Shown here in pieces: positions 37,501-47,029 of a stretch of 64,000 nucleotides of DNA. The DNA lies in the NCBI GenBank assembly GCA_965247115.1, contig CBDFGR010000003.1:1088001-1152000 (forward strand). Direction: 5' to 3'. The translations under genes and the position numbers were made by a program. Numbering within the stretch: position 1 is the first letter of the stretch; each line of letters opens with the position of its first letter. The notes under the pieces were generated by a model, which was not told where the DNA came from, ran no database searches, and worked only from the letters and a program-made list of their open reading frames with translations. This stretch comes from Myxococcota bacterium (lineage in GTDB: Bacteria; Myxococcota_A; UBA9160; SZUA-336).

Positions 37501-39061
37501 GCTGCGGCGGACCGGTCTGAAGCAGCAGCAAGCGCTCAACGGCTGGCTCGGGCTCCACAAGAAGATCGGCAAGGGCACCGGAAAGCACGTCCCGCGGCTC
37601 AAGGAAGAGGCCAGGCGCACCCTGGTAGAGTGCCGCACCGCGGTTCCCGTCTGGATCATGCCGCTCTCGAGGGTGGTCGAATCCTTTGACCTCGCGACCA
37701 CGCGCTTCGACGTCGTCATCATCGACGAGGCCAGCCAGAGTGACGTCATGGGTCTCGTGGCCTTCGCGCTCGGCAAGGAAGTCGTCGTCGTCGGTGATCA
37801 CGAGCAGGTGAGCCCCTATGCCATCGGCCAGCGCGGGGAGCGGATCCACGCGCTGATTGACGAGATTCTGAGGGAGATACCGAACAAGCAGCTCTACGAC
37901 GGCAAAACCTCCGTCTACGACCTGGCACGTCAGTCGTTCGGTGCCACGATCCGCCTGGTGGAGCACTTCCGCTGTGTTCCCGACATCATCCAGTTCAGCA
38001 ACCAGCTCTGCTACGGTGGCGAGATCCGGGCACTGCGCGAGGCCTCTTCCGGTCGCGTCTACCCCCACCTGATTGCGCATCGGGTCGAGAACGGGACCAA
38101 CTCCAACGGGGTCAACAAGGCCGAGGCGCTCGAGATCGCGGCGCTCGTCTCGGCGATCTGCCGCCTCGACGAATACAAGGATTCCACGATCGGCGTCATC
38201 TGCCTGGTCGGAACGGATCAGGCGCTCTATATCGACTCGCTGCTGCGGATGCGCCTGACCGTCTCCGAGTACCAGAAGAGACGCATTCTGTGCGGCAACG
38301 CCTCGCAGTTTCAGGGCGATGAGCGGGACATAATCCTGCTCTCCATCGTGAACTCGCCCTCAAAGCGTCCCCTCATGCTGCGGCAACGGGACGATGCCAA
38401 GAAAGTCTTCAACGTGGCGGCCAGCCGAGCACGGGACCAGCTCTGGGTCGTGCACTCCCTCGATCCTGGCCGTGACCTGAAACACGGCGACTTGCGGCTG
38501 CGGCTCATCTCGCACGCCGAGAACCCTGAGGCCTTGCGTGCAAAACCGATCGAAGAAAAGAAGCGGTTCAACTCTGAACTCGAGAAACGGGTGTTCCAGG
38601 GTCTCAAGAACGCAGGACATCGCCTGACGCACCGCTACCAGGTAGGGGAGTACACGATCGACCTCGTCGTCGAGGGCGAGGAGGGGAAACGCGTCGCCGT
38701 TCAATGCGACGGAGATCGTACTCAGACGATGGAGGCGCTGACGGAGGAAATGGACCGCCAGCTGACCCTGGAGAGGCTGGGCTGGGAGTTTATCCGTGTG
38801 CGCGGAACCGAGTTCTTCAGCGATCCGGCGCGTGTGCAGAAGAAGTTGACGAAGCGGCTGGCGGAGCTCGAGATCCGTCCTCGAAGAGCGGCGGCGAAGG
38901 GCGAGCGGAGCAAGGAGGAGCCTCTCGATGTCCGCGTCGTCAAGCGCGCGGAGATGATCCGGAGCCGCTGGAAGGACATCCCGACGGTGACCTCGATACG
39001 CAGAAAGGCGGCAGTCCGCGCCGAAGACACTTCTGGCGCCGAGGAGGCCTCTGAGGAGTAG
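34502..39061 (+). CDS. SF1 (DNA2/NAM7-like) helicase with C-terminal Vsr/DUF559-like (MTES_1575-type) nuclease domain
   Basis: QGPPGTGKS, DEASQ, VGDHEQ, EHFRC, FQGDERD, NVAASRARDQ; C-terminal SELE...IDLVVEG...QCDG...RQ..LERLGWEFIRVRG. Confidence 0.88.
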   Translation: MSDTHDLQTAKERVERVFRYLMEMHQVRTPPVVRLDDREWILRIDDIPESAYLLKGYDPVDENATAFTRSPGDFLIKVGRPKETECPEPSVVIKNWLRAGWDDVDTDPESIARKTRKSSTGSEESFSDSEDRVEALAEFLEAKKSWASEERGAIDALGVFSELFELHVKLQREAEKYQLFLGDGILVLDHPAGKVHHPTLLQRVELKFDAGIPEFTIVETDSPEVYTPLLRHVDIAGKAIRALSDTLAGMDFHPLGGESTSQFLKDFVQRFWTNGQYFENELEVESPSGPYLYRQPQLYLGYRNYGLGDNIARYLDTIPDLTELPESLYRVVGIDTGRSAERAEDANPTDVLLTKHANREQEQVIRRLEETGAVIVQGPPGTGKSHTIANLIGHLLAQNKSILVTSHASKALRVVRQQLAKPLQSLCVSVLESDEESSRQLEESITGIVNYLASTGENKLTKDIERLTEARETLSREQKELRVRLLEAVKGEYRELEVLGESVTPAEAARKMAELAGTDDWIPGPLPEGADPPLSSSEIHELYALNAKLTAEDENVLHSELLDLGAFPSAKDFAALYDELSELDRMSLKTGAEFWLNDDQNTATLRELLQALTHAGETLAADAAGELLESDADWIRDCLEAGRVGGERAQSWRELRELIEACSSDTADKEPLTLEYGPSVEGDIPQSELAETCRAILKHFESGRELSKLALIRHPEWGDLIASTRVDTGAPAEALHFQAILHHLEIRAWRDRLGQRWDRQMLPFGLPEFAALGPAPEREARRYAEGIALALTWHPEIWSTCESKLEEAGLDWTRLSRKTASRASRKSELQRTRELTTERIEPLIEARIGFLRKKSLEARKGYWLGELEPFSKKDAIYPLTKQLATGIKKGNYDTYSVARDRLEQLMELRPSFARREELLDGLAAVAPGWASAVRERHAPHADGAAPGDVEGAWRYRQWEQHLARQAALDLDELQEQLDLVTDKLIGVTADYVEKLSWQAQLRRTGLKQQQALNGWLGLHKKIGKGTGKHVPRLKEEARRTLVECRTAVPVWIMPLSRVVESFDLATTRFDVVIIDEASQSDVMGLVAFALGKEVVVVGDHEQVSPYAIGQRGERIHALIDEILREIPNKQLYDGKTSVYDLARQSFGATIRLVEHFRCVPDIIQFSNQLCYGGEIRALREASSGRVYPHLIAHRVENGTNSNGVNKAEALEIAALVSAICRLDEYKDSTIGVICLVGTDQALYIDSLLRMRLTVSEYQKRRILCGNASQFQGDERDIILLSIVNSPSKRPLMLRQRDDAKKVFNVAASRARDQLWVVHSLDPGRDLKHGDLRLRLISHAENPEALRAKPIEEKKRFNSELEKRVFQGLKNAGHRLTHRYQVGEYTIDLVVEGEEGKRVAVQCDGDRTQTMEALTEEMDRQLTLERLGWEFIRVRGTEFFSDPARVQKKLTKRLAELEIRPRRAAAKGERSKEEPLDVRVVKRAEMIRSRWKDIPTVTSIRRKAAVRAEDTSGAEEASEE

Positions 39062-39132
39062 CTCGAGAGCCTGTCCACAAACAGACTCCTTCACGGTAAG
39101 ATCGGTGTATTTCCGACGTGGAGGAGAGCCGC

Positions 39133-39687
39133 ATGGCGGACAAACCGAGCTACCTGGGATTGCTGAACGAGATTGCCCTCGGGGAAGGTCGCGCCTATCG
39201 CTATCTGCGCGCCTGGGCCGAGAAGACGGACGATCCCGATGTCCGCCAGGTGCTCGAGACCGTCGCGATCCGCGAGGGCGAGCACTCGTTGGCCTTCGAG
39301 AAGCGCCTCTGCGAGCTCGGCTTCTCGGTGCTCGAGAAGTCCGACCCGAACTTCGAGAAGACACTCGACCTGGTCACTTCCGAGAAGAGCGACCTGGAGA
39401 AATTCGAGGGCCTGGGGCTCGGAAAGGAGCGGGGCGAGGACCCCTTCTCGGGGTTCTTCGAGGACCAGACCATCGACATTCAGACTGGCGAGCTGCTGGG
39501 GCGCTTCATCGCCGAAGAGCGCGACAGCGGCAGGCTCTTGCGCGGCTGCTACGAGGAGCTCAAAGGGCGAGCGGAGGCGCCCTCCCCCGGACTCTCGGAT
39601 CAACTACGTCAGATCTCGAGCTGCCTCGATTCCGTCACGACAGGGCTGGAGCAGCTCCGACGCGAGGTCGCCACTCTCCGCGACTGA
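39133..39687 (+). CDS. Ferritin-like domain protein
   Basis: LNEIALGE, REGEH, EERDS di-iron-like motifs; C-terminal coiled coil; GGAG RBS. Confidence 0.65.
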   Translation: MADKPSYLGLLNEIALGEGRAYRYLRAWAEKTDDPDVRQVLETVAIREGEHSLAFEKRLCELGFSVLEKSDPNFEKTLDLVTSEKSDLEKFEGLGLGKERGEDPFSGFFEDQTIDIQTGELLGRFIAEERDSGRLLRGCYEELKGRAEAPSPGLSDQLRQISSCLDSVTTGLEQLRREVATLRD

Positions 39688-39713
39688 CTCGACCAAGCCT
39701 CCAACACCGGATT

Positions 39714-40085
39714 CTATCGATCTGACCAGGCGAGTCCCTTCAGGTAGTTTCGGATGCGTCGACTGTCCGCACGGGAGATGTCGCTGAACTCGACTCCGAA
39801 GAACTCGTCCACGCTCTTGGTGCGGTGCGCGATGCGCCCTCGCGCCAGGAAGGGACGCTCTCCGGGAAGCGTGATCACCAGATCGACGGCATCGTCGAGC
39901 CGACAACCCTCGAAGCGGTGGGGAACGTAGACGCCCACTCCCCTGGCGGAGATGTCGCGTACGGCGAGAACATCCAGGAAGCCAGTCCCCATGATCTGCA
40001 CCGTGACGGGCTGATCGGGACTCGGCTGAGCGCGCTTGGGCGGACGGCGAAACACTCCTCTACCTCCGAGCGCAGGACGCCGCAC
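39714..40085 (-). CDS. PilZ-domain protein
   Basis: RRPPKR...DISARG...FGVEF; real start probably the GTG at 40055. Confidence 0.8.
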   Translation of the reverse strand: MRRPALGGRGVFRRPPKRAQPSPDQPVTVQIMGTGFLDVLAVRDISARGVGVYVPHRFEGCRLDDAVDLVITLPGERPFLARGRIAHRTKSVDEFFGVEFSDISRADSRRIRNYLKGLAWSDR

Positions 40086-40214
40086 CTGTATTCGGAGGCA
40101 AGCCTGTCCAACCTGAGCCTGACGGAGCCAGTCATTTACACCTGCAAGTACGCATCCGGTACACTGCCGAGGGTGGTCGAGACAAGCATCACGAAATCCA
40201 GGAGAGAGCTTCGG

Positions 40215-40973
40215 ATGAGATCAATTCGCATCGCAACGTCGGTCGCACTGCTCCTCAGCGCGAGTGCTCTCGGATCCGCACGCGCGGACTCCCATGGATC
40301 CTCGGCTGCTCTCAGTAGGGCGCTCGCCGATACGTCCCGCTCCGAAGTGGACCGGAACCGAGACGCGGGCCGGAAACCCGCCGACGTCATTCGCTTTCTG
40401 GGCATCGAAGAGGGGATGCACGTCATCGATCTGATCGCCGCGAGCGGCTACTACACCGAGGTCCTTTCTCGTGCTGTGGGTCCTACCGGCACGGTGTACG
40501 CGCAGAACCCTCCGTCCGTGTTGCAATACCGTGATGGCGCAGCCGACAAGGCCATGTCGGTCCGCCTCGCGGACAGCAGATTGGCAAACGTGATGCGAGT
40601 GGACCGGGAGATGTCGGACACCGGATTGAAGCCCGATTCGCTCGACGCTGCCATCACCGCGCTGAACTTTCACGACATCTACAACGACGATCCGGCCGCA
40701 GCCGCGTCCTTTCTCAAGGCGGTGCGCATGCATCTCAAGCCGGGCGGCGTGCTCGGCGTCATCGACCACTTCGGAAGCGCGGGGGCGGACAACGCGAAGC
40801 TCCATCGCATCGAGGAGCAGCTGGTCATCGATGCCGTCGAAGCAGCAGGATTCGTGGTGGAAGACACGAGCGACGTGCTCCGAAACCCATCCGACGACCG
40901 GACCACGGGAGTCTTCGACCCCAGCGTGCGCGGAAAGACGGACCGCTTCGTCCTGAAGCTGCGCAGCCCATAG
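40215..40973 (+). CDS. Exported SAM-dependent methyltransferase-like protein (COG4798 type)
   Basis: Signal peptide; RDAGRKP, GYYTEVLS, NFHD, LKPGG, RGKTDRFVL. Confidence 0.8.
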   Translation: MRSIRIATSVALLLSASALGSARADSHGSSAALSRALADTSRSEVDRNRDAGRKPADVIRFLGIEEGMHVIDLIAASGYYTEVLSRAVGPTGTVYAQNPPSVLQYRDGAADKAMSVRLADSRLANVMRVDREMSDTGLKPDSLDAAITALNFHDIYNDDPAAAASFLKAVRMHLKPGGVLGVIDHFGSAGADNAKLHRIEEQLVIDAVEAAGFVVEDTSDVLRNPSDDRTTGVFDPSVRGKTDRFVLKLRSP

Positions 40974-41028
40974 CCCGACTCCTCTCGCTGCCCCGATTCA
41001 GATAGAATGGCGAGAGGAGGAGAGCCTC

Positions 41029-42159
41029 ATGCGTTTCAGCTTCTCCGACGAGCACGAGGAGCTTCGCCGGGTCGTCCGAAGCTTCATGGAGGACAAATCG
41101 CCGCCGGGCGAGGTCCGTCGGCTGATGGAGACGTCGGAAGGGTACGACCGCGAAGTCTGGAGGCAGCTCTGCCAGGACCTCAGCCTGACTTCCGTCCATA
41201 TCCCCGAACAGTACGGCGGGCAGGGGTTCGGTTTCATCGAGCTCTGCATCGTTCTCGAGGAGATGGGTCGCGCGCTGCTCTGCGCTCCCTACTTCGGCTC
41301 GGTCGCCCTCGCGACCAACGCGATCCTGAACGGGGCCACCGAGACGCGGAAGAAGGAGCTCCTCCCGGCCATAGCCGCGGGTGAGACGATCGCTACCCTC
41401 GCGCTCGCCGAGCCCAGCGGACGCTGGGACGCCTCGGGTGTCGAGCTCACCGCGACCCCAGCAAACGGGGCGTTCCGACTCGATGGCGTGAAGACGCTCG
41501 TGCTCGATGGTCATATTGCAGACCTGGCGGTCGTCGTGGCTCGCACTCCCGGATCCAGGGGGAATGACGGCCTCTCCTTCTTCACCGTCGTCGGAGCGGC
41601 GAGTGGGCTCTCGCGTCGATTACTCTCATCCGTCGATGCCACTCGCAAGCTGGCAAGCCTCGAGTTCTCCGGCGTGGAAGCCGAGCTGCTCGGCGAGCTC
41701 GGCGCAGGCGCGACCGCGCTCGAGAGAACGCTCGACCAGGCCGCGATCGCCCTGACAAACGAGATGGTCGGTGGCGCACAGAAGGTGCTCGAAACGTCGG
41801 TCGAGTACGCGAAGGAGCGCGTGCAATTCGGGCGTCCGATCGGCTCATTCCAGGCGATCAAGCACAAGTGCGCGGACGTGTTGATCGAGGTCGAGCTGGC
41901 CAAGTCGGCGGCCTACCACGCAGCCGCGGCCGTCGCGGAGGGCGACGAGGAGCTGCCGGCCCTCGCCTCGCTCGCCAAGGCGCTCGTCTCCGACACGTAC
42001 CGGCAGGCCGCAGCAGAGAACATCCAGATCCACGGAGGCATCGGCTTCACCTGGGAGGACGACGCGCACCTCTACTTCAGGCGCGCCAAGGGCTCGGAGG
42101 TCTTCCTGGGCGACCCGACGTACCACCGCGAGCGCTTCGCCCAGCACTCGGGGATCTGA
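41029..42159 (+). CDS. Acyl-CoA dehydrogenase (probable beta subunit of a heteromeric pair)
   Basis: RVQFGRPIGSFQAIKH, QIHGGIGFTWE; lacks the GGTxEI tail. Confidence 0.88.
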   Translation: MRFSFSDEHEELRRVVRSFMEDKSPPGEVRRLMETSEGYDREVWRQLCQDLSLTSVHIPEQYGGQGFGFIELCIVLEEMGRALLCAPYFGSVALATNAILNGATETRKKELLPAIAAGETIATLALAEPSGRWDASGVELTATPANGAFRLDGVKTLVLDGHIADLAVVVARTPGSRGNDGLSFFTVVGAASGLSRRLLSSVDATRKLASLEFSGVEAELLGELGAGATALERTLDQAAIALTNEMVGGAQKVLETSVEYAKERVQFGRPIGSFQAIKHKCADVLIEVELAKSAAYHAAAAVAEGDEELPALASLAKALVSDTYRQAAAENIQIHGGIGFTWEDDAHLYFRRAKGSEVFLGDPTYHRERFAQHSGI

Positions 42160-42179
42160 ACCATGGTGAGGACACGACG

Positions 42180-43436
42180 ATGAGCGAGTCGACTGAGGAA
42201 AGCGTACGCGGCGAGGTTCGCGCCTGGCTCGAGGCGAGCTGGAACCCGGACATGAACTTGCGCGACTGGCGCGACCTGCTCGTAGACTCGGGCTGGGGCT
42301 GCCCGACCTGGCCGAAAGAGTGGTTCGGACGCAACCTGCCCCTGGCACTCGGAGACGTCGTGAGCGAGGAGTTTCGTCGCATCGGCGCGGTGGGCGTGCC
42401 AGGAGTGGGTGGCGTAGGCCTGGCTGGCGTGACGATTCTCGAGCACGGGTCCGACGCGCTGAAGAGCCGCCTGTTGCGCCCGGTCCTCACCGGTGAGCAC
42501 ACCTGGTGCCAGCTCTTCAGCGAACCGGGCAGCGGCTCGGACCTGGCTGGACTGACCACCAGAGCGGACTTCGACGGCGACGAGTGGGTGATCAACGGAC
42601 AGAAGGTCTGGAACACGAGCGCGCACCACGCACGGTACGGGATGCTCCTCGCGCGAACCAACTGGGACGTAAGCAAGCATCGCGGCATCACCTACTTTGC
42701 GCTCGAGATGAACCAGCCAGGCGTGGTGGTCCGACCGCTCCGCCAGATGAACGGCTACGCATCGTTCAACGAGGTCTTCATGACTGACGCGCGCGTCCGG
42801 TCGGACGACGTGATCGGCGAGGTCGGGAACGGCTGGACTGTCGCGCTCGCAACACTGGCGCATGAGCGGCGCTTGGCGGGTAGATTCGGACGTACTCTCA
42901 AAGGTAGCGGTCGCGCCCTCGACGAGTACCGGGCGGAGCTCGCCGATCTCATGGAGCCTTACACCTGGTATCCGCAACGTGCGGGGCGCGTGGATCTCAT
43001 CGTGGAGCGGGCAAAGGCCACGGGGCGGAACACCGACCCGGTGGTGCGGCAAGCGATCGCCAAGCTGTTCGCGCTGACCCGGGCGTCCGTGTGGACCGAG
43101 CAGCGCGCGAAGGCCGCTCGTCAGCTCGGAAGACCGCCGGGCGCCGAGGGCTCCATCGGCAAGCTCTGCAGCAGCAACATCGCGCGAGCCGCCGCGCAAG
43201 TGCATACGCTGATCTCCGGTGCGGACTCGATGCTCTCGGGAAGTGACGGCGCGGTCGACGGGCTCATCGCCGAGATCCTCGTCTCGGTCCCGGCCCAGTC
43301 GATTGCGGGCGGTACCGACGAGATTCAGCACAACATCATCTCCGAGCGCGTCCTCGGCTTACCGAGGGAGCCCGCGGTCGACATCGGTCGCTCGTTCCGA
43401 GACGTGCCGAAAAACCTGGCGCAGTCAGAGCGCTAG
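42180..43436 (+). CDS. Acyl-CoA dehydrogenase (probable alpha subunit)
   Basis: WCQLFSEPGSGSDLA, NGQKVW, FNEVF, HER, IAGGTDEIQHNII. Confidence 0.9.
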   Translation: MSESTEESVRGEVRAWLEASWNPDMNLRDWRDLLVDSGWGCPTWPKEWFGRNLPLALGDVVSEEFRRIGAVGVPGVGGVGLAGVTILEHGSDALKSRLLRPVLTGEHTWCQLFSEPGSGSDLAGLTTRADFDGDEWVINGQKVWNTSAHHARYGMLLARTNWDVSKHRGITYFALEMNQPGVVVRPLRQMNGYASFNEVFMTDARVRSDDVIGEVGNGWTVALATLAHERRLAGRFGRTLKGSGRALDEYRAELADLMEPYTWYPQRAGRVDLIVERAKATGRNTDPVVRQAIAKLFALTRASVWTEQRAKAARQLGRPPGAEGSIGKLCSSNIARAAAQVHTLISGADSMLSGSDGAVDGLIAEILVSVPAQSIAGGTDEIQHNIISERVLGLPREPAVDIGRSFRDVPKNLAQSER

Positions 43437-43465
43437 CTCCCTGTAGCTGCAGGCAGAGAGGGACC

Positions 43466-45841
43466 ATGCTCTCTCCGTATCGCGTGCTGGACCTGACGGA
43501 CGACCGGGGACACCTGGCCGGTCACCTTCTCGCGCAGCTCGGTGCCGACGTCGTTGCCGTGGAACCGTCGGGGGGTCAGCGCGCACGACACCTCGGCCCG
43601 TTTGTCCAGGATCGCAACGGCCCCGAGGCCTCACTCTCACACTGGGCATACAACAGGGGCAAGCGTTCCGTGGTCCTCGAAGATCCCGGCCAGCTGGAAA
43701 CGCTCGCACTCGGCGCAGACATCCTGATCGAGTGCGGAGCCCTGCCGGTGGACCTGGAACGGCTGCGCGAGCTCAACCCGGCCCTGATCACCGTCTCGAT
43801 CTCGCCCTTCGGCCAGACGGGGCCGAAGGCGGACTGGGTAGCGACCGACCTCACCGTGAGCGCCGCGTCCGGTACCCTAGGGCTGACGGGCGACGCGGAT
43901 CGCCCTCCGGTTCGGGTAGGAGTCCCGCAGACGTGGGGATTTGCGGCGACGGATGCGACCTGCGCCGCGCTCCTGGCACTGTGGGAACGCCAGCGCTCCG
44001 GACGCGGCCAACACGCCGACATCTCCGCGCAGCAGTCCTACACCACGGCGACCCAGTTCCAGACCATGGCCGCGCTGGTTGGAAAGCAGGCCGGGGGACG
44101 GATCGGGGGTGGCCTGCGCCTCGGACACATGACCCTTCAGGTCGTGCGCGCTTGCAAGGACGGTCACGTCACTGCGGGGTTTCTGTTCGGTCCGGTGTTC
44201 GGCCCCTATGCCACGCGCATGTTCTCCTGGATCCACGAGGAGGGGCAGTGTGACAGGAGCTGGGCCGAGACCGACTGGATCGGCTTCGGCTTGCTGCTGA
44301 CGGAGGATCCGAAGGCCCTTCGGCTGATGCAGGAGGGCAGCCGCATTCTCGGCGATTTCTTCGCCACCAAGACAAAGGCCGAGCTCCTTGCAGCCGCCTT
44401 GGATCGACGCCTTCTCATTGCCCCCATCATGACCACGCGCGACCTGCTCGACTTCGAGCACCTCGACGCGCGCGAATGGTGGGACGACGTCGAGGGTGTG
44501 CGCTATCCGGGCACGTTCGCCAAGGCGCCTGCGTCGCCGTTGCAGGTGCTGAGGCGTCCACCGAAGGTGGGTGAGCACACGCGTGAGGTGCTCGGCGAGC
44601 GGTCCCGGCAACCCGCAGTAGCTGCTCCGTCAGGAGACCAGGACGCTCTGCCGCTCGCCGGAATCAAGGTCCTCGACTTCACCTGGGCACTCGCTGGCCC
44701 CGGAACCACCCGCATCCTGGCCGATCACGGTGCGACTGTGATTCGCGTCGAGTCGCAACGCAAGCCCGACGCGGTCCGCGGCGCCACGCCCTTCATTGCG
44801 GAAGATGGCCAAACGGAGAACTCGCTTCACTGGCACTCTCCCAACGCCGGAAAGCTCGGCTTCACACTCGATCTTGGCCATCCCCTTGCGAAGCGGGTGG
44901 TGTTGGAGCTTGCGGCATGGGCGGACATCGTCGTCGAGTCGTTCTCGTCTGGCACGATGGACCGCTTCGGCATCGGCTACCGGGCGCTGCGCAACGCGAA
45001 TCCCCGGGTGATCATGCTGTCGAGCTGTCTGATGGGGCAGACAGGACCTATGAGCACCTACTCTGGCTTCGGCACGGCCGGCGCCGCGTTCGCCGGGTTC
45101 TACTCGCTTGCCGGCTGGCCGGATCGCCCGCCGAGCGGCCCCTTCGGCGCGTACTCCGACTATCCATCCCCTCGTTACGCGGTCGCCGTTCTGCTGGGCG
45201 CGTTGGAGTGGAGGCGTCGCACGGGCGAGGGTCAGTACCTGGACTACTCCCAAATGGAGGGCGCCGCTCAGCTCATTGCTCCGGCCATCCTCGACGACGC
45301 GGTAAACAAGCGTACGGCCAGCCGCCACGGGAACGAGGACGTGTGGATGTCACCTCACGGGGTGTACCCGGTGATAGGCAAGGACCAGTGGGTTGCGATC
45401 GCCTGTGAGACCGACCGCCAGTGGGGGGTGCTGGCGCAAGTGCTGGGTCGCTCCGACCTTGCCGACCTCTCCCTGGACCAGCGTCGCGAGCGCCGACCCG
45501 AGCTCGATGCGCTGGTCGCCGCCTGGACGAAGGGGCGCGGGGGCGAGGCGATAGAGGCGGAGCTGCAGGCGCGGAGCGTTCCCGTTCATCGGGTCCTGTA
45601 CGCTCCAGAGCTGATCGAAGACCCTCAGCTAAAGCACCGCAACCACTTCATCGCGGTCCCGCATCCGATCCATGGGACGAGCTGGGCGGAGGGCTCCTCG
45701 ATCCAGCTCTCCAGGACGCCCGGCGCCCCGAAGTGGGCCGGCCCTACCTTCGGCCAACACCTGCATGAGGTCCTGGCAGACATCCTCCGCTACGACGACG
45801 ATCGCATCACGGAGCTGATCGCCTCGGGCGCCTTGGAGTGA
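43466..45841 (+). CDS. Tandem-domain class III CoA transferase
   Basis: RVLDLT...LAQLGADVVAVE and GIKVLDFT...LADHGATVIRVE; PHGVYP. Confidence 0.9.
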   Translation: MLSPYRVLDLTDDRGHLAGHLLAQLGADVVAVEPSGGQRARHLGPFVQDRNGPEASLSHWAYNRGKRSVVLEDPGQLETLALGADILIECGALPVDLERLRELNPALITVSISPFGQTGPKADWVATDLTVSAASGTLGLTGDADRPPVRVGVPQTWGFAATDATCAALLALWERQRSGRGQHADISAQQSYTTATQFQTMAALVGKQAGGRIGGGLRLGHMTLQVVRACKDGHVTAGFLFGPVFGPYATRMFSWIHEEGQCDRSWAETDWIGFGLLLTEDPKALRLMQEGSRILGDFFATKTKAELLAAALDRRLLIAPIMTTRDLLDFEHLDAREWWDDVEGVRYPGTFAKAPASPLQVLRRPPKVGEHTREVLGERSRQPAVAAPSGDQDALPLAGIKVLDFTWALAGPGTTRILADHGATVIRVESQRKPDAVRGATPFIAEDGQTENSLHWHSPNAGKLGFTLDLGHPLAKRVVLELAAWADIVVESFSSGTMDRFGIGYRALRNANPRVIMLSSCLMGQTGPMSTYSGFGTAGAAFAGFYSLAGWPDRPPSGPFGAYSDYPSPRYAVAVLLGALEWRRRTGEGQYLDYSQMEGAAQLIAPAILDDAVNKRTASRHGNEDVWMSPHGVYPVIGKDQWVAIACETDRQWGVLAQVLGRSDLADLSLDQRRERRPELDALVAAWTKGRGGEAIEAELQARSVPVHRVLYAPELIEDPQLKHRNHFIAVPHPIHGTSWAEGSSIQLSRTPGAPKWAGPTFGQHLHEVLADILRYDDDRITELIASGALE

Positions 45842-45865
45842 ATGTCGCCGTCAACGCATCCACTC

Positions 45866-46318
45866 TTACAACTCCCGAGGCTTCTTCCCCCGCTTGCTTC
45901 GAGCGTGGCTCCACGTCCAGGCTCCAAAGGCCTGATCCGTCGTCGCACGCCACCGAGCGTATTCGGTCTCTAGGCTTGCTCTGATCTCCAGAAACCTCTC
46001 GTGAGCGAGCCGTCCTCTTTCCCGCTCGGCCGATGTTCGTCCCTCGCGGTACTGGCGGTCGGCCTCAGTGATCGATTCGTCGATCGAGCGGAATGTCTCC
46101 TTCCACTCCCGTTCCCCGCCGGCCGAGCTCACATAGACCTCCGACGATCCGAAGGTGAGCGGCCACAGGAGCCCTCTCGCGCTGAGCTTCGCGACCCGGG
46201 TCGGGAAATGATCGTCGTTCTGCAGCTTCAGGTTTGCGCAGCCCACCAGCGCAAGGGCGGTGGTGACGACAATGACCGGTCCGAGCGCTGGTGTCCTCGA
46301 GCGGAGTTGTTTGCTCAT
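45866..46318 (-). CDS. Hypothetical lipoprotein
   Basis: LALVGC lipobox; GGAGG RBS before MSKQ. Confidence 0.5.
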   Translation of the reverse strand: MSKQLRSRTPALGPVIVVTTALALVGCANLKLQNDDHFPTRVAKLSARGLLWPLTFGSSEVYVSSAGGEREWKETFRSIDESITEADRQYREGRTSAERERGRLAHERFLEIRASLETEYARWRATTDQAFGAWTWSHARSKRGKKPREL

Positions 46319-46473
46319 GGGGGCCTCCGGCGTGGCTCTACATCGGACACATCGGGGGCCAGACGTCCACCCTTGAGCAACCTCGACGACTCGCCAAGGG
46401 CGGGTCCACGTAAAGCCCGACGCGCTCGAGTCGATCAGAAGAGCGGTTCTCAATCATGAAATGGAGAGTAGTC

Positions 46474-46929
46474 ATGCAACAACGCAGATGGTCCCGCGCC
46501 ACCGCCGCTCTTGTCCTCGCCAGCTTTCTACCCCTCACCACCGCCTGCTTCGGCAGCTTCTCGCTCGTCCGGAAGGTTCACGGTTTTAACGCGGAGATCA
46601 GCTCAGACAAGTGGGTGCGAGAGGGGGTATTCCTGCTCCTGAATGTCCCCTACGTCCCGGTCTACGCGCTCGCCTCCGCAGTCGACGTGCTGTTCTTGAA
46701 CTCGGTCGAGTTCTGGACCGGCGACTACCTGCTCGCTCAGGATACGAGCCGTACGGTTCGGGGAGAGAACGGCGAGATCTCGAGCGCCACGTTCCACCCC
46801 GACGGCACGGCAGATCTCACGATTGTGGAGGCTGACGGGAAGACTCACGTTCTCAAGCTCGTGAGCCGGAACGGGACGCTTGCAGCACTGAATGAGGACG
46901 GCGACACCGTGGCGCGCGTCGCCAGGTGA
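46474..46929 (+). CDS. DUF3332-family lipoprotein
   Basis: ACFGSF.L...N...KW..E.VF...PVY...D....NSVEFWTG. Confidence 0.8.
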   Translation: MQQRRWSRATAALVLASFLPLTTACFGSFSLVRKVHGFNAEISSDKWVREGVFLLLNVPYVPVYALASAVDVLFLNSVEFWTGDYLLAQDTSRTVRGENGEISSATFHPDGTADLTIVEADGKTHVLKLVSRNGTLAALNEDGDTVARVAR

Positions 46930-47029
46930 ACGGCCTCATCGCGCTGATAACCCGCTAAGCTTGTTCCGGCGGCGTTCTATTCGTCTCCCGAGATAGCGCG
47001 CCGGAACACAGCGAACGCGGGTGGGTCCG

